Part shown: positions 33,158 through 41,574 of the stretch, piece after piece
How positions within the stretch are numbered: the first letter of the stretch is position 1
Layout: each line of letters opens with the position of its first letter
NCBI GenBank assembly: GCA_963730935.1
Contig: CAVSTP010000004.1
Coordinates: forward strand, 736,001 to 800,000
Source: an uncultured Nitrospiraceae bacterium
GTDB lineage: Bacteria; Nitrospirota; Nitrospiria; Nitrospirales; Nitrospiraceae
Length of the DNA: 64,000 nucleotides
Direction of reading: 5' to 3'
Notes under the pieces: generated by a model
Told to the model about the DNA's origin: nothing
Database searches by the model: none
The model's input: the letters and a program-made list of their open reading frames with translations, nothing else
Translations under genes and position numbers: made by a program

Positions 33158-33190
33158 AAAAAGGGAAGGCGTCCGGCCTTCCCTTTTTTT
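33158..33190 (+). terminator. Intrinsic terminator after rpsI
   Basis: AAAAAGGGAAGGC-loop-GCCTTCCCTTTTTTT. Confidence 0.85.
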
Positions 33191-33227
33191 ATGTCTACAG
33201 CTATAACGACGCTGCAGCAAGAGAACC

Positions 33228-34301
33228 ATGAGAAAAATCAGGATTGCCATCGCAGGCGCCAGTGGTTATGCCGGAGCAGAGCTCGTCCGCCTGGTCTCGC
33301 TCCATCCGCATTTTGAACTGATCGCGGTCACATCGGAAAAATCCGCCGGTGCGTCGGTTGGCTCCGTGTTCCCAAGCCTGGCCGGCTTGGTCCCGTTGAC
33401 CTTTCAAGCTTTGGCTCCCGAGGCGATGGCACATCAAGCCGACGCGGTCTTTCTCGCTCTCCCTCATACGAAATCGTTGGAGCCAGTCGCCGCCTGCATG
33501 GCGACAGGGAAGTTCGTCGTAGATTTGAGCGCCGACTATCGCCTGAAAGATCCAGACACCTACGAACGGTGGTATCAAACGCCTCATACACACGTGGATC
33601 TGCTGAAAACGGCCGTGTACGGACTTCCCGAACTCCATCGCGAGGCAATAGCCAAAACGAAATTGGTCGCCTCGCCGGGGTGTTATCCGACGGCGGCGAT
33701 TTTACAATTAGCGCCGCTGTTCGCCCAGGACCTCGTGCAGGCGCACACGGTCGTCATCGACGCGAAGTCCGGGATCTCCGGCGCCGGCCGCAGTCCGGCG
33801 TTGCCCTATCATTTTCCCGAAGCGCATGAATCGCTGGAGCCCTACAAGATCGGGCAGCATCGCCATATTCCGGAAATCGAACAGGAACTCCACGCACTCG
33901 TGCAAGGGCACGCCGGCCCGTCGCCTGTCGGACCTGATACGAGCACCGTGGCCTTCACGCCGCACCTCGTGCCGATGAATCGCGGCATCCTGAGCACGGC
34001 CTATTGTCGCCTCAAGACACCGATGGCAGTCGCCGACCTGCGCGCCCTCTACCAAACCTTCTATAAGAACGACCGGTTCGTCCGACTTTCGCATGACGTC
34101 GTCCCCAATCCGCGGTACATCAAAGGATCAAACTATTGCGACATCGGCGTGTATGCCGATGCGCGCGCCGGCTGGATCGTGACCGTGGCGGCGCTCGACA
34201 ATCTCGTCAAGGGTGCGTCGGGTCAAGCGATCCAAGCGATGAACCTGATGCTCGGACTTCCTGAAGAAACCGGCCTAAGCGCCCCGGCCGCCTATCCCTA
34301 A
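33228..34301 (+). CDS. argC: N-acetyl-gamma-glutamyl-phosphate reductase
   Basis: GASGYAG, PGCYPT, DNLVKGASGQA. Confidence 0.97.
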   Translation: MRKIRIAIAGASGYAGAELVRLVSLHPHFELIAVTSEKSAGASVGSVFPSLAGLVPLTFQALAPEAMAHQADAVFLALPHTKSLEPVAACMATGKFVVDLSADYRLKDPDTYERWYQTPHTHVDLLKTAVYGLPELHREAIAKTKLVASPGCYPTAAILQLAPLFAQDLVQAHTVVIDAKSGISGAGRSPALPYHFPEAHESLEPYKIGQHRHIPEIEQELHALVQGHAGPSPVGPDTSTVAFTPHLVPMNRGILSTAYCRLKTPMAVADLRALYQTFYKNDRFVRLSHDVVPNPRYIKGSNYCDIGVYADARAGWIVTVAALDNLVKGASGQAIQAMNLMLGLPEETGLSAPAAYP

Positions 34302-34331
34302 CCTTCCCCATCCAGCGATGCATACATCCGC

Positions 34332-35540
34332 ATGAGCCAGCACGACTCCCGAGGCATCGCGGCGCCACTGGGCTTTCGCGCCGCCGGCATGCATTGCGGC
34401 ATCAAGAAACCCGGCTTGCTCGATCTTGCGCTGGTCGTCTCTGAAGTCAGTGGTCCGATCGCCGGTGTCTTTACTACCAATCTGGTGGTCGCAGCGCCGG
34501 TGACGCTCGACCGTCAACATTTGCGGCATGGTCTCGCCCGGGCCATCCTCATCAATAGCGGCAACGCCAATGCCTGCACCGGCCGCCAGGGGATGGCCGC
34601 GGCACGCAAGACTGCAGCGTTCGTGGCCCACAGATTGGGCAGTCCCACTCATGAAGTCTTCATCGGCTCGACCGGCGTCATTGGCCGTGCGCTACCGGTC
34701 GACCGTATCGTGAAGGCGCTGCCGGCGCTGTTTGATCGCCTCAGCAGCCACGGCGGCGCACAGGCCGCCCGCGCCATTTTGACGACCGACCTCACAGCAA
34801 AATCGGTGGTGCGACGCACGCGCATCAACGGCCGGACTGTGACCATTGGCGGCATGGCCAAAGGATCCGGCATGATCCACCCGGACATGGCCACGATGCT
34901 GGGCTATCTCACCACCGATGCGTCGATCACTCGAACGGCGCTCCAACGGGCCCTCAGGCAGGCCGCCGACGCTTCATTCAATTGCATCTCCGTGGACGGA
35001 GACACGAGCACCAATGATACAGTGCTCTGTCTCGCGAACGGCATGGCAGGCAACCGTCAAATCCGGGAAGGCACCCCGGCATTCCGCCGGTTCGTGGCGC
35101 TCCTCAGGGAGGCCTGTCAACCGCTGGCCCTTGCCATCTGCCGCGACGGAGAAGGCGTGACAAAAGTCGTCAAGATCGACGTGACCGGCGCCGCCAGCGA
35201 GGTTCAAGCCCGTGCAGTGGCCCGCACCATCGGGACCTCCAATCTTGTCAAAACGGCGCTGTTCGGAGAAGATGCTAATTGGGGACGGGTGATGGCTGCC
35301 CTCGGCCGTGCCGGAGTGCCGGTCGACCCATCGAAGGTCAGCCTCTCGTTCGGAGGTGTACCGATGGTGCGCCGCGGGGTTGGCCTAGGGCTTGGCGCAG
35401 AACGGCGAATTGCCAAGGTATTTCAGCGCAAAGAGTTCACGATTACCGTGGGGCTAGGCCACGGATCCCACCGTGCGCATCTCTGGACGACAGACTTGTC
35501 CTACGACTACGTTCGGATCAACGCAAGCTATCGATCCTAG
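34332..35540 (+). CDS. argJ: Ornithine acetyltransferase
   Basis: NSGNANACTG, KGSGMIHPDMATML, DGDTSTND, DGEG. Confidence 0.97.
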   Translation: MSQHDSRGIAAPLGFRAAGMHCGIKKPGLLDLALVVSEVSGPIAGVFTTNLVVAAPVTLDRQHLRHGLARAILINSGNANACTGRQGMAAARKTAAFVAHRLGSPTHEVFIGSTGVIGRALPVDRIVKALPALFDRLSSHGGAQAARAILTTDLTAKSVVRRTRINGRTVTIGGMAKGSGMIHPDMATMLGYLTTDASITRTALQRALRQAADASFNCISVDGDTSTNDTVLCLANGMAGNRQIREGTPAFRRFVALLREACQPLALAICRDGEGVTKVVKIDVTGAASEVQARAVARTIGTSNLVKTALFGEDANWGRVMAALGRAGVPVDPSKVSLSFGGVPMVRRGVGLGLGAERRIAKVFQRKEFTITVGLGHGSHRAHLWTTDLSYDYVRINASYRS

Positions 35541-35757
35541 GGCCGATTTTCTTGAACCGAACCTTGTAAACACCTCCCCACTGTGCTAACGTTCCAAGGC
35601 TTCGGGCTAACGTTCCAGGCTCCCTCTTCCGCGAAAGCGAGAAAGAGGGAAATTATTAAAATATACATCGACGTCACTGACGTCGCTTGGCTTGAGAATA
35701 AGGGGGCGTGCCCCCTCGCCTGTTGGCGCTCTGCGAGCCTTGAGGGGAGGTGAAGGT

Positions 35758-36531
35758 ATGGGAGTCGTTTCGATCAAAGAATTGTTGGAAGCCGGCGTGC
35801 ACTTTGGTCACCAGACGAACCGCTGGAATCCAAAGATGAAGAAGTTCCTCTTCGGCGAGCGCAACGGCATCTATATCATCGATTTGCAGCAAACGGTCGC
35901 GAGGATGGAACAGGCCTATGCCTTCGTCCGTGACACCGTCACCTCGGGGCAATCCGTGCTGTTCGTGGGCACCAAGCGCCAAGCAGCGGAAATCCTACAA
36001 GAAGAGGCGGTCCGCGCCAACATGTTTTACGTGAATCAGCGCTGGCTGGGCGGCATGCTGACCAACTTCCAGACCATCCGGCGCAGCATCGACAAGATGA
36101 AGAAGCTCGAGGGCATGCTGGCCGATCCTGCGCAGCACGGGCTCACCAAAAAAGAAATCGCGCAGAAGGGGAAAGAGATCGTGAAGCTGCAGAAGTTTTT
36201 GACCGGTATCAAGAACATGCGCGGCCTGCCGGGCGCCGTGTTCGTGCTCGACACGCGCATCGAGCGGATTGCGGTCCAAGAGGCGACCAGGCTGGAAATC
36301 CCGGTCATCGCCATCATCGACAGCAACTGCGATCCCGACAACATCACGTATCCGATTCCCGGAAATGACGACGCCATTCGCTCGATCAAACTCATTACGT
36401 CGCGCATCGCCGACGCCTGCATTGAGGGCGCCCATTTGCGCACGCAACGCGACGAGGCTGAATTCCAGTCGAGTCCTGCCGGAGAGGACAAAGCCGCGAC
36501 CGCATCGCTGGCTGCCGCCCCTGCGTCATAG
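35758..36531 (+). CDS. rpsB: 30S ribosomal protein S2
   Basis: [25 protein letters not shown]. Confidence 0.98.
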   Translation: MGVVSIKELLEAGVHFGHQTNRWNPKMKKFLFGERNGIYIIDLQQTVARMEQAYAFVRDTVTSGQSVLFVGTKRQAAEILQEEAVRANMFYVNQRWLGGMLTNFQTIRRSIDKMKKLEGMLADPAQHGLTKKEIAQKGKEIVKLQKFLTGIKNMRGLPGAVFVLDTRIERIAVQEATRLEIPVIAIIDSNCDPDNITYPIPGNDDAIRSIKLITSRIADACIEGAHLRTQRDEAEFQSSPAGEDKAATASLAAAPAS

Positions 36532-36590
36532 CCCCGGATCGAGCGACTGCACCACATTCATCACGTGTGAAGAAGAAGGATTGATGACGC

Positions 36591-37187
36591 ATGGCTGGAG
36601 CGAGTTCGTTAGTCAAGGAACTGAGAGAGAAGACCGGTGCCGGCATCCTGGACTGCCAGAAAGCGTTGCAGGAGACGGGCGACGACATCGACAAGGCGAT
36701 TGACTACTTGAGGCAGAAAGGCCTCGCCGCCGCGCAGAAGAAATCGGGCCGTGAAACAAACCAGGGGTTGATCCACGCCTATATCCACATGGGCGGCAAG
36801 ATCGGCGTGCTGATCGAGGTCAACTGTGAAACCGACTTCGTCGCGCGCAATGAGGAATTCAAAGGATTCGTGAACGATCTTGCGCTGCAAGTCGCCGCCG
36901 CCAAGCCATCGTACGTGAAGCGCGAAGATATTCCCAAGGACGTCGTCGACAAGGAGCGGGCGATCTACGAGGGGCAGGCCAAGGAGATGGGCAAGCCACC
37001 GGCCGCCTGGCCGAAGATCGTCGACGGCAAGCTGGAGAAGTTCTTTCAGGAAAATTGTCTGATGGAACAGGCGTTCATCAAGGACCCCGCCGTCATGGTG
37101 AAAGACCTGCTCGCCCAGAAGATCGCCAAGATCGGCGAGAACATGAACATCCGCCGCTTCACACGCTATCAACTAGGCGAAGCATGA
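36591..37187 (+). CDS. tsf: Elongation factor Ts (short form)
   Basis: [21 protein letters not shown]. Confidence 0.98.
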   Translation: MAGASSLVKELREKTGAGILDCQKALQETGDDIDKAIDYLRQKGLAAAQKKSGRETNQGLIHAYIHMGGKIGVLIEVNCETDFVARNEEFKGFVNDLALQVAAAKPSYVKREDIPKDVVDKERAIYEGQAKEMGKPPAAWPKIVDGKLEKFFQENCLMEQAFIKDPAVMVKDLLAQKIAKIGENMNIRRFTRYQLGEA

Positions 37188-37909
37188 GCTCTGCAAAATA
37201 CCGGCGCATCCTCCTCAAGGTCAGTGGAGAGATGTTGGCCGGTGAGCAGGGCTATGGCATTCAACCGTCCGTCCTCGAAGGCCTCGCTAGCGAAATCGCC
37301 GAGGTCGTCAAACTCGACACCGAAGTCGCCGTCGTCATCGGCGGCGGCAATATCTTCCGCGGCATCGCCGCCAGCGCCACAGGCATGGAGCGCGCATCTG
37401 CTGATTACATGGGCATGCTGGCCACTGTGCTGAATGCGCTGGCGCTTCAAAACGCGCTCGAGCGCTCAGGCGTCATGACCCGGGTGCAGTCGGCGATCGA
37501 GATGCGCCAGCTCGCGGAGGGCTACATCCGCCGCCGCGCCATTCGGCATCTCGAAAAAAAACGCGTCGTGATTTTCGCGGGCGGAACCGGCAACCCCTAT
37601 TTTTCGACCGACACCGCTGCCGCGCTTCGCGCCATGGAGATCGGCGCCCAGGTCATTATGAAAGGCACGAAGGTCGACGGCATCTACGATGCCGATCCGG
37701 CGAAGAATCCCTCCGCCAAGAAATACGAGCACATCTCTTTTCTCTCGATTTTGAACCAACATCTCAAAGTCATGGACTCCACCGCCATTAGCCTCTGCAT
37801 GGACAACCAGCTCCCGCTGGTCGTGTTCAACCTAAAGATTCCCGGAAACTTCAAGCGCGTGGCCATGGGCGAGCCGATCGGCACGACCGTCACGGCCGAC
37901 AAGCGCTAA
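37184..37909 (+). CDS. pyrH: Uridylate kinase
   Basis: [23 protein letters not shown]. Confidence 0.98.
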   Translation: MSSAKYRRILLKVSGEMLAGEQGYGIQPSVLEGLASEIAEVVKLDTEVAVVIGGGNIFRGIAASATGMERASADYMGMLATVLNALALQNALERSGVMTRVQSAIEMRQLAEGYIRRRAIRHLEKKRVVIFAGGTGNPYFSTDTAAALRAMEIGAQVIMKGTKVDGIYDADPAKNPSAKKYEHISFLSILNQHLKVMDSTAISLCMDNQLPLVVFNLKIPGNFKRVAMGEPIGTTVTADKR

Positions 37910-37923
37910 TCTACGGAGTCGTT

Positions 37924-38487
37924 ATGTCAAACCCAGCTGCGATTCGCCAAGCCGTCACGGGAAAAATGGACGGCGCCCTCGAACATTTACGACGGGATCT
38001 GGGCGGGCTGCGCACGGGTCGGGCGTCCGTTGCCCTCCTGGACAACATCCGCGTCGATTATTACGGCACGATGACGCCGCTCAGACAAGTAGCCAATCTG
38101 TCGACCCCCGAGGCCAGGCTTCTTACGATTCAACCCTGGGAGCCGCAGCTCATCAAGGAGATCGAAAAGGCCATCTCCATATCGGGTTTGGGCGTCACGC
38201 CGTCGAATGACGGCAAGATCATTCGCGTGCCGCTGCCTCCGCTCACCGAGGAACGCCGCAAGGAGTTGACCAAAATCTGTAAGAAGCACGGAGAAGACAC
38301 GAAAGTGCACATCCGTGGGTTCCGGAGGGATGCCAACGAGGAGTTGAAGAAGCTTCAGAAAGATGCGAAATTGACCGAAGACGAACTGCGCAAATCGGAA
38401 GCGGAGATCCAGAAGCTGACTGATCAATACGTACAGAAGATCGACGACGCGATCAAGAAAAAGGAACAGGAAATCCTGGAAGTCTGA
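37924..38487 (+). CDS. frr: Ribosome recycling factor
   Basis: RTGRAS, PPLTEERRKEL. Confidence 0.98.
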   Translation: MSNPAAIRQAVTGKMDGALEHLRRDLGGLRTGRASVALLDNIRVDYYGTMTPLRQVANLSTPEARLLTIQPWEPQLIKEIEKAISISGLGVTPSNDGKIIRVPLPPLTEERRKELTKICKKHGEDTKVHIRGFRRDANEELKKLQKDAKLTEDELRKSEAEIQKLTDQYVQKIDDAIKKKEQEILEV

Positions 38488-38517
38488 TCGCCGTCCACGA
38501 CCCCCGTAGAACGCTGC

Positions 38518-38593
38518 AGGCTGGTCAAAACGTCCACTTTTTTCACCCGCCCAACCCCGAAGCGCCGAGACGCTTCATTCCGCGGGCGGCCGC
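38518..38593 (+). repeat. Repeat module B (tcacccgcccaacccc + hairpin GAAGCG-ccgaga-CGCTTC) behind a family-A-like left end
   Basis: Similar to copies at 39770, 41512, 45180 and ~49.9-50.2 kb. Confidence 0.75.
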
Positions 38594-38602
38594 TAAGTAA
38601 CC

Positions 38603-39712
38603 TTGCGACACACGACCTACGCCACCATCGACCTTGCCGCGCTCGCCTATAATCTCTCGCGGATACGAGGGCGCGTCAGCAACAACTGCAGCATCCTGGC
38701 CGTCGTCAAGGCCAACGCCTACGGTCACGGCGCCGTTGACGTCTCTCGTGCATTGGTGCTAGCGGGCGTGACACGGTTGGCAGTGGCCACCGTCCACGAA
38801 GGCATCGCCTTGCGGGAGGCCGGCATCAACGGCGACATTCTGGTGCTAGGCGCCCTTCTCGATACACATGTCCAGGAGCTTTTCCCGTACCGGCTGACTC
38901 CCGTCATAAACGAACAACGTTTGCTTCCACAGCTGGCCAAGGAAGCCGAAGCCGCGAATAAGCCCCTATCTATTCATATCAAGGTGGATACCGGGATGGG
39001 GCGCCTCGGGCTGCCGGCGTCCGAATTGATGACGTTTCTGGATGCCTTTCCACGATGGAAATCCCTCCGCATCGAAGGATTCATGACCCACCTGGCGGAC
39101 AGCGACGGAGATGATTCGAGCCATACCGAGCAGCAGCTGAAGAGCTTCCGCGGGCTCCTCGAACAAGTGGAACAGCGCGGGATGTCCGTCCCCTTCGTGC
39201 ATGTGGCCAACAGCGCGGCGATCATACGGTATCCGCAGTCGCATTTTTCCATGGTACGGCCCGGCATCATGCTGTACGGCTACCATACGCTGCCGGATGC
39301 AGTCCCCTGCCCCCAACTGCAGCCGGTGTTGTCGCTTCGCACCACGGTCATGCAATTGCGAACGATCAAGCCAGGCGAAACGGTCAGCTACAACCGAACC
39401 TTTGTGGCGAAACGACCCTCCACGATTGCCGTCTTGCCGATCGGGTACGCGGACGGATACAACCGCCAACTCTCCAATAAAGGCTTCGTCCTTATCGACG
39501 GGAAACGAGCCCCCATCGTCGGACTCATTTGCATGGATATGACGATGGTGGACGTGACCGACATCCCATCGGTCCGCGTGGGAGACAGCGTGACGTTGAT
39601 TGGCCGGCAGGGCCAAGAGGCCATCTGGGCCGACGAGATTGCCGGATGGACCGACACGATTCCCTACGAAACCCTCTGCGCCATCGGTTCACGCATCCCA
39701 CGCGTCTACTGA
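38603..39712 (+). CDS. alr: Alanine racemase
   Basis: AVVKANAYGHG, KVDTGMGRLG, RPGIMLYG, GYADG, CMD. Confidence 0.97.
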   Translation: MRHTTYATIDLAALAYNLSRIRGRVSNNCSILAVVKANAYGHGAVDVSRALVLAGVTRLAVATVHEGIALREAGINGDILVLGALLDTHVQELFPYRLTPVINEQRLLPQLAKEAEAANKPLSIHIKVDTGMGRLGLPASELMTFLDAFPRWKSLRIEGFMTHLADSDGDDSSHTEQQLKSFRGLLEQVEQRGMSVPFVHVANSAAIIRYPQSHFSMVRPGIMLYGYHTLPDAVPCPQLQPVLSLRTTVMQLRTIKPGETVSYNRTFVAKRPSTIAVLPIGYADGYNRQLSNKGFVLIDGKRAPIVGLICMDMTMVDVTDIPSVRVGDSVTLIGRQGQEAIWADEIAGWTDTIPYETLCAIGSRIPRVY

Positions 39713-39769
39713 ACTCCCTTAGTCACTCAATAAGAAGCGTTCGTCGCTAACAGACTAGTGACACACGAA

Positions 39770-39937
39770 GGGTGTCCCAAAAGGCCAGCGTTCTCACCCA
39801 CCCAACCCCGCGGTGCCGAGACGCCGTGTCTTCCCAGGTCTCACCCGCCCAACCCGGCATAGTTTTCACCCTCCCCACCCACCGATTGCTGCGCAATCGT
39901 TCTCCCGTGACGCGCCGTTCCGCGAGTAAGGCCGCCA
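39770..39937 (+). repeat. Composite of repeat modules B and C
   Basis: Three tcaccc(g/a/t)ccc units plus hairpins GCGGTG-ccgaga-CGCCGT and GATTGC-tgc-GCAATC. Confidence 0.75.
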
Positions 39938-39952
39938 CACGGTTTTCATGAA

Positions 39953-40071
39953 GGATGTTCAAAAAGACTTGTCGCAAGGCCGCAGCGAGCGAAAGCCCGA
40001 AGCGTACAGTCGTTCGTACGTTGAGGGTTTGAGCGAGGCGAGAACGCAGCGAGAAGGCTTTTTCAACATCC
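39953..40071 (+). repeat. Family A 119-bp MITE-like structured repeat, copy 1
   Basis: Ends GGATGTTCAAAAAG / CTTTTTCAACATCC; homologous to 46511-46629 and 57238-57355. Confidence 0.9.
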
Positions 40072-40076
40072 GGCGA

Positions 40077-41477
40077 TTAAAAGGCGACTCGGATCGACAC
40101 GCCGCCGGTATGTAGCGTCGTCTTGTACAGTCCATTCACCGTCGGATTGCGGTTTCCCGTGATGGTCCGCTCTTCATATAGAGCAGCCTGATACGACAGA
40201 TCCAAACCGATCAGCTTGGTTTTCACGGCACCGATCCCCAGGTCCCCGCAGGGAATGAACCCGAGGAACCTACCCTGCTCTTTACAGACCAGCCCCACAC
40301 CGCCACCGACAATATTCACATCGGCCGAAGGACTCCCAGGGTCGAAGCCAAAATCGGGCATTTGCGATTGCTGATTCGTGTATCCGGCTCGAAGGGCCAC
40401 TTCCCAGAACGGCAGCGACTCCAGCGTCAGCCACTTGTATTCGGTTCCCAGCATCACCCCATAGGTACTCCGCCAATTCAGCGGTTGAGGAATGGTGCTC
40501 CCATTGGCCAAGTGCACGTCCAGATTCCGTACGGATTTCCAGCCGACATAATCCACGTCCACTTCCAGTTTCCATTCGCGCTCGCGGTTCCTGACGGGCC
40601 AGAGAGCCACTGCGCCGGTGATGACTTGAGGCAAGACGAAGGTCGCGGTCGCATCCGAGACCTTGGCTCCATTGGCCAGGAACGCTCCGTTCAGATGCAG
40701 CGTGGCCTGGCTGCGGTAGACGATCCCGATATTCGCCAGCGGCTTCCCGTCCGCATTCCTGATGGCGGTATACAATAGACTTGCGTTAAACCCCGCTGCG
40801 GTATCGGCACCGAACAACTCTACTTGAGACCCGGCAGGGATGCCGCCGCCACCGGGCCACACCGATTTACGTTCGACATGGCCTTCTCCGAAGAGTCCTG
40901 AAAACGTATAGATATCTGCGCCCAAACCAATCGAGAGATCTTCCATCAATTTATAGGCCAGCGTCGGCTTGATATCGAGCAGCGGCAGGCTATTGAAGGT
41001 TGTCGCCGTCCGAAACGGCCCATCGTTCGGCCATCGGGTGAGAGAGCCAAACGGCACCGTCACACCGATCCCGACCGTGAGATCACCCAGCGCCATCACG
41101 CCGAGATCTTTCAGGTTCGCCGTCACATAGAGATGCCCAGGCGGCGGCCAGGCGACACTGCCGTTGCGATCGCCGGTGGCGGTCGCACCCGTCGGACTGG
41201 TGAACGAGGTCGTCCCCCCGGAAAGCAGCACACCGGTCATGAACTCCACACCATGGAGCTGGGTCATGCCTGCCGCATTATAATGGAGCGCCGACGGGTC
41301 GTCGGCCTGGGCGGAAAACGCATTGCCCATTCCGCTTGCTGCCGTCCCCTGTCCTTGAATCCTTGGCACCTGCGCCAAGACGGGTTCAGAAGTCCCATTC
41401 CAACATACAAGCATGAGCACTCCAGATAGGGCGATGCGTACGAGAGGGAACGACCAGGCACAACCGGCTTCGCTCAT
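40077..41477 (-). CDS. FadL/OmpP1/TodX-family outer-membrane transporter for hydrophobic compounds
   Basis: Signal peptide, GMGNAFSAQADDPSALHYNAAG (NPA-like hatch motif), beta-strand periodicity, C-terminal Phe; AAGGAG RBS. Confidence 0.9.
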   Translation of the reverse strand: MSEAGCAWSFPLVRIALSGVLMLVCWNGTSEPVLAQVPRIQGQGTAASGMGNAFSAQADDPSALHYNAAGMTQLHGVEFMTGVLLSGGTTSFTSPTGATATGDRNGSVAWPPPGHLYVTANLKDLGVMALGDLTVGIGVTVPFGSLTRWPNDGPFRTATTFNSLPLLDIKPTLAYKLMEDLSIGLGADIYTFSGLFGEGHVERKSVWPGGGGIPAGSQVELFGADTAAGFNASLLYTAIRNADGKPLANIGIVYRSQATLHLNGAFLANGAKVSDATATFVLPQVITGAVALWPVRNREREWKLEVDVDYVGWKSVRNLDVHLANGSTIPQPLNWRSTYGVMLGTEYKWLTLESLPFWEVALRAGYTNQQSQMPDFGFDPGSPSADVNIVGGGVGLVCKEQGRFLGFIPCGDLGIGAVKTKLIGLDLSYQAALYEERTITGNRNPTVNGLYKTTLHTGGVSIRVAF

Positions 41478-41511
41478 GTCATCTCCTTGAATCGTTGGCG
41501 TCCAATGCTTG

Positions 41512-41574
41512 AGGGTGTTCAAAATGCCCACTACCTCACCCGCCCAACCCCGGCGCGCCGAGACGCGCCCTTCC
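41512..41574 (+). repeat. Repeat module B with a family-A-like left end
   Basis: gggtgttcaaaa...tcacccgcccaaccccGGCGCG-ccgaga-CGCGCC. Confidence 0.8.

Noticed and set aside
6646..39712. Long antisense or alternate-frame ORFs overlapping housekeeping genes
   Set aside because: These are expected shadow ORFs in high-GC coding DNA.
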